A DNA stretch of 64,000 nt from an uncultured Anaerolineales bacterium (GCA_964514285.1 CAZEQC010000002.1:18165-82164), one strand, 5' to 3'; shown: positions 47,527-56,901, counted from the stretch's first letter. Program-made: numbers and translations. Notes: generated by a model from the sequence alone, not told the origin.

Positions 47527-47549
47527 GTTTTCCCCACGCTGAACTCGTT

Positions 47550-47568
47550 ATTGCAAATAGTTCGCAAT
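47550..47568. promoter_or_regulatory. Fur-box-like 19-bp palindrome at the fur-feo promoter
   Basis: ATTGCAAA-TAG-TTCGCAAT (7 of 8 arm positions complementary). Located between the -10 element and the fur start. Confidence 0.5.
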
Positions 47569-47575
47569 TTCACTG

Positions 47576-47604
47576 ATTATACCCGTCTTCCCGGCGATTG
47601 GCAA
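47576..47604 (-). promoter_or_regulatory. Promoter of the fur-feo operon
   Basis: Minus strand TTGCCA, 17-nt spacer, TATAAT. Confidence 0.65.
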
Positions 47605-47676
47605 GTAGAACTGAGTTTGAACATCCTCCTGACAACCACCGAGACGACCCAACGTTGGAACAACAAGACCAACTAG

Positions 47677-47712
47677 ACAGGGCGTGGGGCGAGCTTGCGC
47701 CCCACGCCCTGT
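47677..47712 (-). terminator. Terminator hairpin after the 2-oxoacid:ferredoxin oxidoreductase operon
   Basis: Perfect 15-bp stem ACAGGGCGTGGGGCG / CGCCCCACGCCCTGT with a 6-nt loop. The minus strand is followed by a T-rich CTAGTTGGTCTTGTTGTT. Confidence 0.62.
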
Positions 47713-47745
47713 CGTGCTCCTTTCCGATGATGGTCTCTGACCAAG

Positions 47746-48288
47746 TTACTGGCTCTGGGCCAGAGCCGCTCCCTTGCGCAGCGCCTTCTTATTCAGGTCG
47801 AGCAGATGACGATGACGTTCCGGCAAGTGATCATCCAGAGCCTGCTCAACAGCCTCCAGGGGGACCACGCCAGTGGCGTCCACAAGAGCGCCCAGACAGA
47901 GCACGTTAGCCATCCGAACATTTCCCAATTCAGTCGCCATATCGCTGGCCGGAATGTAGATGACGTGGATATCGTCGCGCTCGCTCTCATCGGGCACCAT
48001 TGAGTTGTTGACGACGAGCACCCCACCGGGCTTCACAGCCGATTGAAAGGCCTCCATTGAGGGAATGTTGAGCACGATGGCGGCGCTCGGCCTTCGAACC
48101 AATGGCGCGCCAATCTCCTGATCGGCGACGACGACTGTACAGCGAGCTTTCCCCCCGCGCATCTCGGGTCCGTAAGAGGGGATCCAGGTCACGTGAAGAT
48201 CCTGTCCCATAGCGGCGTAGCTCAACAACTGACCAGCGAAGAGCGAACCTTGCCCACCAAAACCGGAGATGATGATTTCCTCTTGCAT
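47746..48288 (-). CDS. 2-oxoacid:ferredoxin oxidoreductase, gamma subunit
   Basis: ISGFGGQGSLFAGQLL N-terminus, 180 aa. Confidence 0.88.
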   Translation of the reverse strand: MQEEIIISGFGGQGSLFAGQLLSYAAMGQDLHVTWIPSYGPEMRGGKARCTVVVADQEIGAPLVRRPSAAIVLNIPSMEAFQSAVKPGGVLVVNNSMVPDESERDDIHVIYIPASDMATELGNVRMANVLCLGALVDATGVVPLEAVEQALDDHLPERHRHLLDLNKKALRKGAALAQSQ

Positions 48289-48297
48289 TGTCGCCTC

Positions 48298-49086
48298 CTA
48301 GTCCTCCATCAGGGCACGGACACCTTCACTGACCTTGGTGTCGCCCAGCGGGAAGTAAGCTACCATGTGTTCTTTGGCCCAATCGAGCGCCTCTTGAGGC
48401 GACATTCCCCAGTTGGTGTTACACGTCGACAGCACCTCGACCATGGCAAAACCCAAGCCCTCCAGTTGAGCGCGGAAAGCGGTCTTGATGGCCCGCTTGG
48501 TGCGCCGGATGCCGCGCACGTCGAAGACGGCCTGTCGAGTAACGTAGGCAGCGCCGGGAAGGCCGCCAATCAGCTCGGCCATACGGATCGGATGCCCGGC
48601 GGCCTGTACGTCACGGCCCGTCGGGGATGACGTGGTCACCTGATCAGGCAGCGTGGTCGGTGCCATCTGGCCACCCGTCATACCGTAGATCGCGTTGTTG
48701 ACGAAAACCGTGGTGATCAACTCGCCGCGATTCGCAGCGTGGATGATCTCCGCCGTGCCAATCGCTGCCAGGTCGCCATCGCCCTGATAGGTGAAGACCA
48801 CGCTGTCGGGGCTGACACGTTTGATGCCGGTAGCCATCGCAGGAGCACGGCCATGAGCGGCCTCGGCGAAATCCGCATCGAAGTAGTTATATGCAAGAAC
48901 CGAACATCCTACCGGTGCGATACCGATCGTCCTACCCCGAACGTCAAGCTCATCCAACACCTCTGCCACGAGGCGATGAATCGTCCCATGTGTGCAGCCA
49001 GGACAGTAGTGTGTATCAGCCTCGGTCAAGCTCTCAGGGTAATCGTAGACAAGCTCCATATCTTGAGGAACCTCAACAGTCGCCAT
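48298..49086 (-). CDS. 2-oxoacid:ferredoxin oxidoreductase, beta (TPP-binding) subunit
   Basis: YCPGCTHG and GDGDLAAIG motifs. Confidence 0.9.
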   Translation of the reverse strand: MATVEVPQDMELVYDYPESLTEADTHYCPGCTHGTIHRLVAEVLDELDVRGRTIGIAPVGCSVLAYNYFDADFAEAAHGRAPAMATGIKRVSPDSVVFTYQGDGDLAAIGTAEIIHAANRGELITTVFVNNAIYGMTGGQMAPTTLPDQVTTSSPTGRDVQAAGHPIRMAELIGGLPGAAYVTRQAVFDVRGIRRTKRAIKTAFRAQLEGLGFAMVEVLSTCNTNWGMSPQEALDWAKEHMVAYFPLGDTKVSEGVRALMED

Positions 49087-49087
49087 A

Positions 49088-50170
49088 TTACTGTGCCTCC
49101 TGTCCGCCGTGGATCATCTTGGCTAGTTTCTCGAGCTCGGGCAGAATATCGTCAGCCAGGGGAATGATACCGCCCATCCGGCCGTAGAACGTCACCGGGC
49201 AGCGCCCCTCGACCGCAAGGCGTACATCCTCAACCATCTGCCCCGCACTCATCTCCACCGTCAGAACGCCCTGGACCTGCTCGGCGAGTTCGGCGATGCG
49301 CTCACTGGGGAAGGGCCAGAGCGTGACAGGCCGCAACAGCCCCACATTGATTCCCATATCCCGCGCGTCTCGGACCACCGACTGACAGATGCGTCCCACA
49401 GTGCCGAAGGCCACCAGGAGCAGATCCGCGTCCTCTGTATCGTATTCCTTCCACCGGACCTCGTTGGTGGCGATTTCCTGCAGCTTCGCCTGCAGGCGAA
49501 GGTTAACCTCCTCCAGATTCTCGGCCCCCAAGTATAGAGACGTGATTATGTTCGGATCGCGGTCATCAGCACCGGTCAACGCCCAATCAGGCCGTTCCTC
49601 GGGGGACCGCACCGGACGCATTGGAGGCAGTTCTGCCGGTTCCATCATCTGTCCAATCGATCCGTCCGCCACCACCATCGTGATGGTCCGGTACTTCTCG
49701 GCCAGGTCGAAGGCCAGCACCATATCGTCGATGAGCTCCTGCACGTTGGCGGGAGCCAAGACGATCATATGGAAATCGCCGTGACCCGCCATCTTCACAG
49801 ACTGGAAGTAGTCGCCCTGAGCCGGCTGGATGTTGCCTAAGCCTGGCCCACCACGCATGACGTTCACCAGAACAACGGGCACCTCGGAACAGGCGATGTA
49901 GGAAAGCCCCTCCTGCATCAGGCTGATACCGGGGCTTGAGGACGACGTCATCACCCGCACCCCGGCACTGGCAGCGCCATAGACCATATTGATGGCAGCA
50001 ACCTCGCTTTCGGCCTGAAGGAACACCCGATCCAGCTCGGGGAGACGCTTCGAGAGATGCTCCAGGGCCTCGCTCTGCGGTGTGATGGGATAGCCAAAGA
50101 AGGCCTCCAGACCTGCGCGGACAGCCGCCTCAGCGAATGCTTCGTTTCCCTCCAAGAGTTCCTTTGCCAT
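49088..50170 (-). CDS. 2-oxoacid:ferredoxin oxidoreductase, alpha subunit
   Basis: [37 protein letters not shown] 50170 chosen; the tracked 40-aa upstream extension overlaps the delta gene. Confidence 0.9.
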   Translation of the reverse strand: MAKELLEGNEAFAEAAVRAGLEAFFGYPITPQSEALEHLSKRLPELDRVFLQAESEVAAINMVYGAASAGVRVMTSSSSPGISLMQEGLSYIACSEVPVVLVNVMRGGPGLGNIQPAQGDYFQSVKMAGHGDFHMIVLAPANVQELIDDMVLAFDLAEKYRTITMVVADGSIGQMMEPAELPPMRPVRSPEERPDWALTGADDRDPNIITSLYLGAENLEEVNLRLQAKLQEIATNEVRWKEYDTEDADLLLVAFGTVGRICQSVVRDARDMGINVGLLRPVTLWPFPSERIAELAEQVQGVLTVEMSAGQMVEDVRLAVEGRCPVTFYGRMGGIIPLADDILPELEKLAKMIHGGQEAQ

Positions 50171-50172
50171 GT

Positions 50173-50439
50173 CTACCTCCCAGCAGCCGATGCAGAGCGA
50201 CTGCGTCGACGCTCTCGCTTCCGCCTGCGTCGGTACACAGTGAAGACTACGTCGGGACAGATGGTGGCGCACATCGCGCAACCCGTGCACTTCTCTGGAT
50301 CAGTCACCTCGACAGGGTTGTGTCCCTTGACGTTGAACCGATCCTCTGCTAATTCGAGGATCTCCACGGGGCAGACGCTGACACACAAGCCACACCCCTT
50401 GCAGCGATCCTCGTTGATAATAACCATACCTCGCGCCAT
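50173..50439 (-). CDS. 2-oxoacid:ferredoxin oxidoreductase, delta subunit (2x[4Fe-4S] ferredoxin)
   Basis: [12 protein letters not shown] and [20 protein letters not shown] before ATG 50439. Confidence 0.85.
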   Translation of the reverse strand: MARGMVIINEDRCKGCGLCVSVCPVEILELAEDRFNVKGHNPVEVTDPEKCTGCAMCATICPDVVFTVYRRRRKRERRRSRSASAAGR

Positions 50440-50647
50440 TACTTTGCCTCCAAGCACCTAGAGTAAAAGCTATGCGTAGAACGCGATGGGCGGAGAGAGC
50501 GTGAAGAAGGGTCTCACGTTCTACGTTTCAAATCGCAAACACTTCCTGGCAGTATACTACGTGGTCATGCCCTGTTTCTATAGTGTGCCACGTCCCCCGT
50601 CCACGAGCGAAAACTCACAAACTGCGCCAAGCTCAAGGATTCGGTCT

Positions 50648-51538
50648 CTATACGGTACATTGTGCTATGATCATTTCGCGATGCTTCTCGAACCCCAAAT
50701 GCTCATAGAAGGGGAGGGCCTCGGCGTTCTCTTTCAGAACCTGCAGAAAGACCGAGTAGCCCCCCAGCGTGAGGTCACGCAACAAAGCCGCGACAACCTG
50801 CGCCCCATACCCTTGTCGTCGGTATGCCCTGGCCGTGACGATGTTGCCGATCTCGGCAGCCTGATCCAGCACGAGACGCGTGCCGCCCTGAGCAATGAGC
50901 TGGCGACGGGGGCTGCTTCGGGTTGGATGCCAGATGCCATACCACGGACCGCGGCCCAGGGGATTGCGCTCGAAGGCCTTCAAATCCTCAACTCGGGCAA
51001 GAGCGCGCATCTCGGCGAGGTGGGAGGGCCCCAGGGGCACCGCCTTCCCAGGATCAAGATTGAGAGCATCGCCGCGAAAGACCATTTGCCACTCTGGATA
51101 GATGTCGAGCACCTGATAGGCCGCCTCTAGACGTGGCCTATCCCTCTCAGCCACCAGACAAGCAAAGGTCTCGTTAGGCGCCACCAGGCGTCGAGTCAGG
51201 TCCGCTATACGCCTTGAGGTTTCTTCGCAAGGGGACGCTCTGTCGCGACTACAAAAGGCAATGGCAGCAAAAGGAAGTCCATCGTAGCGGGCGACCAGCG
51301 TCTGGCTATCGCCGGCAAAACGGCAATCTTTGGTGAGGGTGGTTACGTCAGCGATGAAGGTGAAGAACGCCAGGGCGCGGTCCAGGTCTCGACGCTGCCA
51401 AAGCAGACAAATCTCGCGCCAAGCGGCAAGGCTTTCTGCTGCAATGCCCACATCGGCATCAAGCAGGGAATCAGCCTGGACCGCTGCACGATTCAACATT
51501 CTGGAGATTATTATACTACTCCGGGCTTTGGTCGTCAA
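50648..51538 (-). CDS. GNAT-family N-acetyltransferase with an N-terminal domain of unknown function
   Basis: C-terminal RRQGYGAQVVAALL...FYEHLGF acetyl-CoA binding motif. Confidence 0.7.
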   Translation of the reverse strand: MTTKARSSIIISRMLNRAAVQADSLLDADVGIAAESLAAWREICLLWQRRDLDRALAFFTFIADVTTLTKDCRFAGDSQTLVARYDGLPFAAIAFCSRDRASPCEETSRRIADLTRRLVAPNETFACLVAERDRPRLEAAYQVLDIYPEWQMVFRGDALNLDPGKAVPLGPSHLAEMRALARVEDLKAFERNPLGRGPWYGIWHPTRSSPRRQLIAQGGTRLVLDQAAEIGNIVTARAYRRQGYGAQVVAALLRDLTLGGYSVFLQVLKENAEALPFYEHLGFEKHREMIIAQCTV

Positions 51539-52067
51539 TCACGCTTTGCCAGATGGGACGCGCCAGTTGCTCCTCAGTCTGTTGCAACGCTGCGTTCAGA
51601 TCTCTGAGGTAGCTGACCAGAGGGGTCTTAGAGAGGGCGATCTCCACGGGCACGTCGACTTCCAGGGGTACCACAGTGGTGACGTCGACCGTCTGGCTAA
51701 CTGGTACGCTCACCTCCATGTCGATAGGAAAGACAGCCTCGATCGGCACCGCCAGATCGTACGTCCTGAAGCCAAGGTTGACAGGCACGACAACGGTGGT
51801 GCTGACGGGCACGACGGCGTTGATGGGCACCTGAAGGGTCTCATTGAGCGGAATCTCGGTCGACACTGGAATCTCTTGATCCACGGCGACAGTGTAGGAA
51901 AACGTATCATCAGCAAGCTGTGACACCGGTGCTCGCGCATCCTTGACCGCTCGATGCATCGTCCGTCGAAACTGAAGAAATGATAAGATCGTGACACCGT
52001 TGAGTGCCAAGGAGAGCAGGGCTAGCATCGCCAGCAGACCAAGGGCTGCGAGATAACCTCTCTTCAT
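51516..52067 (-). CDS. Membrane-anchored hypothetical protein with V-P-V/I-P-V periodic repeats
   Basis: N-terminal TM helix, then repeated (V/I)P(V/I/L) motifs every ~8-10 aa. No family recognised. Confidence 0.5.
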   Translation of the reverse strand: MKRGYLAALGLLAMLALLSLALNGVTILSFLQFRRTMHRAVKDARAPVSQLADDTFSYTVAVDQEIPVSTEIPLNETLQVPINAVVPVSTTVVVPVNLGFRTYDLAVPIEAVFPIDMEVSVPVSQTVDVTTVVPLEVDVPVEIALSKTPLVSYLRDLNAALQQTEEQLARPIWQSVIDDQSPE

Positions 52068-52271
52068 CGATAGACTCCTTCATGCAAGGTATTGCGGCAT
52101 AGGACGGCGATAGGGGGAACAACGGAAATACCGACGATGTCGGACAACTCCGGAAGAAAGAGGATCGTTTGGACATAGCCCACACACCAGAAGCTCAACC
52201 GGCGACCTAAGTATACCACTCCAACCCCCAGAGGAAAAGCACGAACGACCAGATAGGCATCGCCTATGCGG

Positions 52272-52299
52272 TTGTCTGACCCTCGCCTTGTGCTATAAT
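52272..52299 (+). promoter_or_regulatory. Promoter of the DUF3048 gene (extended -10)
   Basis: TTGTCT, 16-nt spacer ending TGC, then TATAAT. Confidence 0.5.
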
Positions 52300-52351
52300 G
52301 CGGCCCGCGCCGATGAGGTTACATACACTGAGGTGGTGAAAGGGAGACGAG

Positions 52352-53566
52352 ATGATGGATACGGAGCACGGACGACGGCTTCGGACGTTGACGCTGGTCG
52401 CGGCTGGCCTGGCTGGAGCTGTACTCGTTTCTGGGCTGTTGGGTAGCTGTACGGATAGCACGCCCCCCGCAACGCCGACGCCGACCCGGACACTAGCGCC
52501 TCCCACGCCGACGCCAACATCGCAACCGACCGCGACTCCCTCCCCGACAGCGACCCCCTTGCCCACAGCGACGCCGTCGCCCACACCGTGGCCCGAGAAC
52601 GTGAACCCGCTCACCGGAGAGGTGATGGACGATGAGAGCAAGCTGAATCGTGTCCCAGTGGCGATTAAGATCTCCAACTGGCCTGGACAGTACGTACGGC
52701 CTCAGTCCGGGATCGACAGCGCAGACATCATCTACGAGCACTACAACGAAGGGTGGTTCGCTACTCGCTGGACTGCGATCTTCCTTGGCAGCTCGCCAGA
52801 GCAAGTGGGTCCGATAAGGAGCGGTCGGATCATTGACCTGGAACTGCCAGCGATGTATAAAGCTGTCTTCGCCAACTCCGGCTTCAGCAACGGCGTTGTG
52901 CGGCTCTTTCGGAACTCGGACCTCTATCCTGACTGGGTCGTGTCTGACAGTCTCCCAGAGACCATCCAACCACGTCCGTTCTACCGAGATCAGAGCCGTG
53001 ATGTCCCCCTGGAACACACGATGTACACCAGCCCTGCGCTGGTGCGCGAGTGGGCAGCAGCGCGAGGGATTGAGGGTGAACAAGACCTGGAGGGCGTGAA
53101 GTTCTCCGAACAGCCGACCTCTGAGATGAAGGCGACGGGCCCGGCGAACGTGATTGAGATTCCCTGGAACCGGCTCATGACAACGTGGCGCTACGACGAG
53201 GCCAGCTCCCGGTACCTCCGATGGACCGATGGGACCGCGCACGTCGACGCGCTCAGCGGGGAGCAGCTTAGCGTCGCCAACGTGGTGGTGCTTCACGTCC
53301 CCCAGTGGAACACTGACATCGTGGAGGATCCCCACAGCGGGGCACTCTCGATCCGTTGGGCTCTATGGAACGATGACAACCCGCATCGCCCGGCCATTCT
53401 GTTGCGCGATGGCAAGCGCTACGACGGCATCTGGAATCGGGAGGAAAGGGAGGATATGCTCACGTTGGAGACCGAGGACGGTGAGATGCTCCCCTTCAAA
53501 GTTGGCAGCACGTTCTTCGAGGTCGTCCCTCTGGGCGACAGAGCCATCGAGATCACCATCGAATAG
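52352..53566 (+). CDS. DUF3048-family lipoprotein with Pro/Thr-rich linker
   Basis: Signal plus LLGSC lipobox, PTPTPT linker, NPLTGE...VPVAIKISN...GIDSADIIYE core. Confidence 0.8.
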   Translation: MMDTEHGRRLRTLTLVAAGLAGAVLVSGLLGSCTDSTPPATPTPTRTLAPPTPTPTSQPTATPSPTATPLPTATPSPTPWPENVNPLTGEVMDDESKLNRVPVAIKISNWPGQYVRPQSGIDSADIIYEHYNEGWFATRWTAIFLGSSPEQVGPIRSGRIIDLELPAMYKAVFANSGFSNGVVRLFRNSDLYPDWVVSDSLPETIQPRPFYRDQSRDVPLEHTMYTSPALVREWAAARGIEGEQDLEGVKFSEQPTSEMKATGPANVIEIPWNRLMTTWRYDEASSRYLRWTDGTAHVDALSGEQLSVANVVVLHVPQWNTDIVEDPHSGALSIRWALWNDDNPHRPAILLRDGKRYDGIWNREEREDMLTLETEDGEMLPFKVGSTFFEVVPLGDRAIEITIE

Positions 53567-53629
53567 CGAGGGACCAGACAGTGGAGCGAAGCCGCCACCC
53601 ATCGCTCGGACCTATCCTGAACTCACGGC

Positions 53630-54196
53630 TTAGGGCTCTTTGAACTTCTCAACCTGATAGGTGAAGACGTCAAGATCCCCACTCGAATAGGCGTCCGGGG
53701 TAAGGCCAGCCTTAAGGCAGAGTCGATGGAGGAACTGACGCTCGTCCGTCAACTTCTCCCACACCTGAGGGAGAAACGTGGCTCGATGCCACCCGCGCTC
53801 GATGACCACGCCATCCACGCCCGGCCGCAGCTTGTCGCACAGATCCTCGACGTCGCGATAGTGAAGAGGTTCAGGCTGACTCAGCACGGAAACCTCGATA
53901 GTGAGCTCGTCCACTTCGTCTGGCTCGACGGGGGGAAAGCGAGGATCACGACGTGCTGCCCCTGCGGCATTCTGCTGAACGTCCACGGCCAAGGGACGCC
54001 GCGCCTCAAGCGACCCGATACAGCCACGGAGACAATCATGTTTGTTCAACGTGACGAAGCTCGCCCCCTGCCGCCGGAGAGCCTCAGGGACAGTGTCCAT
54101 ATCAATGGCTGGCGGGTCGTGACCCCGAGCGACGTGGACGACCGATTCTCGCGCCAAGTCGAGCAGATACGTCCGATCCTCCTTCGAAAGCGACAT
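53630..54196 (-). CDS. amrA: AmmeMemoRadiSam system protein A (AMMECR1 domain)
   Basis: LRGCIGS motif and overall AMMECR1 pattern. Confidence 0.85.
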   Translation of the reverse strand: MSLSKEDRTYLLDLARESVVHVARGHDPPAIDMDTVPEALRRQGASFVTLNKHDCLRGCIGSLEARRPLAVDVQQNAAGAARRDPRFPPVEPDEVDELTIEVSVLSQPEPLHYRDVEDLCDKLRPGVDGVVIERGWHRATFLPQVWEKLTDERQFLHRLCLKAGLTPDAYSSGDLDVFTYQVEKFKEP

Positions 54197-54220
54197 CCTC
54201 CCCCCTCTCCCTGGTCAGGG

Positions 54221-55021
54221 TCAGCTCGTGTAGGCGATGGCGCCATAACCCACCACGCGGGACCTGCTGCCGGCCGTATCCCCGGAATTGCGGTAGTCCA
54301 GCAGGTGCGGCACCCATGCCTTGCGCTCGGCGATGTCCATAAGCGTCATGACAGGCGCTCGACCGCAAGCCTCTCCCTCCTGGACGCCTTTCACGCTCCC
54401 GTCTAACAACGCATCCAAGAAGGCCCGATCTCGCTGCCGCGCTTGATCGTAGGAATGGAAGTGGCTCAAGTCACTGGAAACAACGATCAGGTCCTCCTCT
54501 TCGAGGCGATCAACCAGATCCAGGACTACTTCCTGAGGGTTGACTTGCCCAAAGAGCATCGGTATAAGCTTGAATTCGGCAAGCGAGACCTGGAGGAAAG
54601 GGATCTCGACCTCAAGGCAGTGCTCTGGCTCGTGCGCGCTTGACGCGGTCGTGTAGAAAGGCGCTGTCTCGAGCATATCGGCGACGCGATCGACAGCAAC
54701 AGGGGCATCGCCCAGAGGCGTTCGGAAAGCGGCGTAGTTGCCCAAAGCCACGCCATTCACAGGGACTCGATGGGCGGGGCCAAGCAGAAAGACAGTTCGC
54801 TCTCTGTCGGGAAGCCGCTTCAGAGCCTTGAAGGCATAACCGGCCGTCGCCCCGGAATAGACGTAGCCGGCGTGGGGAGCGATCACAGCTCTCACCCCGT
54901 CGACGTCATCGGGAAGCGACGCCCGGCTGATGTATTCCTCGACGTCACGTCGCAACAGATCAGGATCTGCTGGATAGAACTGGCCCACGACAGCGGGCTG
55001 ACGAACAAGTCGTTCAGACAT
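54221..55021 (-). CDS. amrB: AmmeMemoRadiSam system protein B (Memo-like)
   Basis: PAVVGQFYP, APHAGYVYSG and SSDLSH motifs. Confidence 0.85.
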   Translation of the reverse strand: MSERLVRQPAVVGQFYPADPDLLRRDVEEYISRASLPDDVDGVRAVIAPHAGYVYSGATAGYAFKALKRLPDRERTVFLLGPAHRVPVNGVALGNYAAFRTPLGDAPVAVDRVADMLETAPFYTTASSAHEPEHCLEVEIPFLQVSLAEFKLIPMLFGQVNPQEVVLDLVDRLEEEDLIVVSSDLSHFHSYDQARQRDRAFLDALLDGSVKGVQEGEACGRAPVMTLMDIAERKAWVPHLLDYRNSGDTAGSRSRVVGYGAIAYTS

Positions 55022-55092
55022 CAGTCACCTCCGTAGGGTCCGTAAAGACCGCAAAGGGCTCTCACCATGCTTTTTGCACTCAACCAATGGTA

Positions 55093-55239
55093 TTATAACA
55101 TCCCAAGGCATAACTTGCCACCGCCGCGAAGACCGACAGCCTGGGCGCCATAATGGACGAAGAACCCGACGTTCTCCTTGGTGTCGAAAATGTCGTAGAG
55201 ATGGGCCGATTTCTCGTATCCACGCATAGCGTTGGTCAT
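55093..55239 (-). pseudogene. Possible N-terminal stub of a class-I SAM-dependent methyltransferase
   Basis: MTNAMRGYEKSAHLYDIFDTKENVGFFVHYGAQA resembles methyltransferase N-termini (..YD.f....d..f). No SAM-binding GxGxG follows before the stop. Confidence 0.3.
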
Positions 55240-55407
55240 CACCCCCATCCCAAGTATATCACGAAACGCATCCAGACGCATCAACCCTGTGAACCCTGGT
55301 CTCGCGCAGGGGCAGGCACCGCCGCCTTGCCGTGAACGCAATATCGATCTAGAATATGCTGGATCACAGGAAAGGAACCCGTTGGATGGTACAGAGAGTG
55401 GGTATCG

Positions 55408-56790
55408 TTGGTTATGGAAGACCTATTTGATCACAGCAGAAGAGAGCAGATTCGCCGTCAGGCGCCATTAGCCGCGCGTATGCGCCCGCGGAGCCTGGAG
55501 GCGTTCAGTGGGCAGGAGCAGATCGTGGGCGAAGGGAGGCTGTTGCACCGCGCTATCGCCGCAGACCGCCTGTTCTCCTCGTTGATCTTCTGGGGTCCAC
55601 CGGGCACGGGAAAGACGACGCTGGCTATGATCATCGCCAACTCGACCGAGAGACATTTTGAGACGATCAGCGCGGTTTTGGCCGGCGTGGCCGACCTACG
55701 ACGCATCATCAAGGAAGCGAAGGATCGGCTCGGCATGTACGGACAACGCACAATCCTTTTCGTGGATGAGATCCATCGCTGGAACAAGGCCCAGCAGGAC
55801 GCACTGCTGCCCCACGTTGAGGATGGCACCATCGTGCTCATCGGCGCTACTACTGAGAATCCCTACTTCGAGGTGATCGGCCCCCTGGTCTCCCGATCCC
55901 GCGTCTTCCAGTTTGAGCCGCTGGCGGACGAAGAGGTGAGGCAGATCCTGAAGCGGGCGATCGAGGATGCCGAAGAGGGGTATGGGGATCGCGACATACA
56001 GATCAGCGACGAGGCGCTGGCCCACCTGGTGCACGTAGCCGGCGGCGATGCCCGCGATGCCCTGAACGCCCTGGAGCTGGCGGTGGAAAGCACGCCCCCG
56101 AGCAAGGATGGCATCATCCAGATCACCCTGGAGGTGGCTGAGGAATCGATCCAACAGCGAGCACTGCGTTACGACAAGACCGGCGACCAGCACTACGACA
56201 CAGCCTCCGCCTTCATCAAGTCGGTGCGGGGTAGCGATCCGGATGCAGCACTCTACTGGCTGGCCAAGATGGTGGCCGCGGGGGAGGATCCGCGCTTCAT
56301 CCTGCGGCGGCTCCACATTCTGGCAGCGGAGGATATCGGGCTGGCCGACCCAAACGGTGTCCAGGTGGTCAACGCCTGTGCCCAGGCCTTCGAGTGGGTG
56401 GGAATGCCGGAGGGCCAGTATCACTTGGCGATGGCGACCCTTTATCTGGCCACAGCCCCCAAATCGAACGCCGTGGGCGCCTACTGGAAGGCGTTGGAGG
56501 AGGTGCGAGAACACGGGACCGGGACGGTACCGACCTACCTCCGGGACAAGAGCGACGTCTTTCGCGGTGCGCTACGCGAGCACTACAAGGATACGCTGGG
56601 AAAACACGAGGGCTACAAGTATCCGCACGCCTACCCCGAAGGCTGGGTCGAGCAACGGTATTTGCCAGAGGGGATCAAGGCAGGATGGTTCAAGCCGAAG
56701 GGACACGGGTACGAGAAAGTGATCATCGAGCGAATGGAGGAGATGCAACAAGCCGCGCGATCCCAGCGGGAGCCCGAGACGGCTGAGTAG
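55408..56790 (+). CDS. rarA: Replication-associated recombination protein A (AAA+ ATPase)
   Basis: GPPGTGKTT, FVDEIHRWNK and the C-terminal MgsA domain (YDTASAFIKSVRGSDPDAALYWLA). Confidence 0.9.
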   Translation: MVMEDLFDHSRREQIRRQAPLAARMRPRSLEAFSGQEQIVGEGRLLHRAIAADRLFSSLIFWGPPGTGKTTLAMIIANSTERHFETISAVLAGVADLRRIIKEAKDRLGMYGQRTILFVDEIHRWNKAQQDALLPHVEDGTIVLIGATTENPYFEVIGPLVSRSRVFQFEPLADEEVRQILKRAIEDAEEGYGDRDIQISDEALAHLVHVAGGDARDALNALELAVESTPPSKDGIIQITLEVAEESIQQRALRYDKTGDQHYDTASAFIKSVRGSDPDAALYWLAKMVAAGEDPRFILRRLHILAAEDIGLADPNGVQVVNACAQAFEWVGMPEGQYHLAMATLYLATAPKSNAVGAYWKALEEVREHGTGTVPTYLRDKSDVFRGALREHYKDTLGKHEGYKYPHAYPEGWVEQRYLPEGIKAGWFKPKGHGYEKVIIERMEEMQQAARSQREPETAE

Positions 56791-56901
56791 GACCGTAGAA
56801 CCCATCTCGGCACTTCAAGCGAGGTCCTGCCGTCCCCCCCTTGAGCGGATGAGCCGCAGGGGGACCTCGTCCGGGATATATCGGGTTTACGAGGAGAGTG
56901 A

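Noticed and set aside
50171-50290. A 40-codon upstream extension of the oxidoreductase alpha subunit, and likewise the 12367-12441 extension of the dehydratase and the 34898-34993 extension of the acyl-CoA dehydrogenase.
   Set aside because: Conserved N-termini and good RBSs occur at the internal start codons. The extensions overlap neighbouring genes or the repeat region.
50486-51130. A 214-aa plus-strand ORF.
   Set aside because: It is antisense to the GNAT gene and the oxidoreductase promoter region, and it has no coding signature or RBS.
52440-52600. Repetitive ACGCCGAC/GCGAC DNA as a repeat element.
   Set aside because: It encodes the Pro/Thr-rich linker of the DUF3048 lipoprotein (low-complexity coding sequence).
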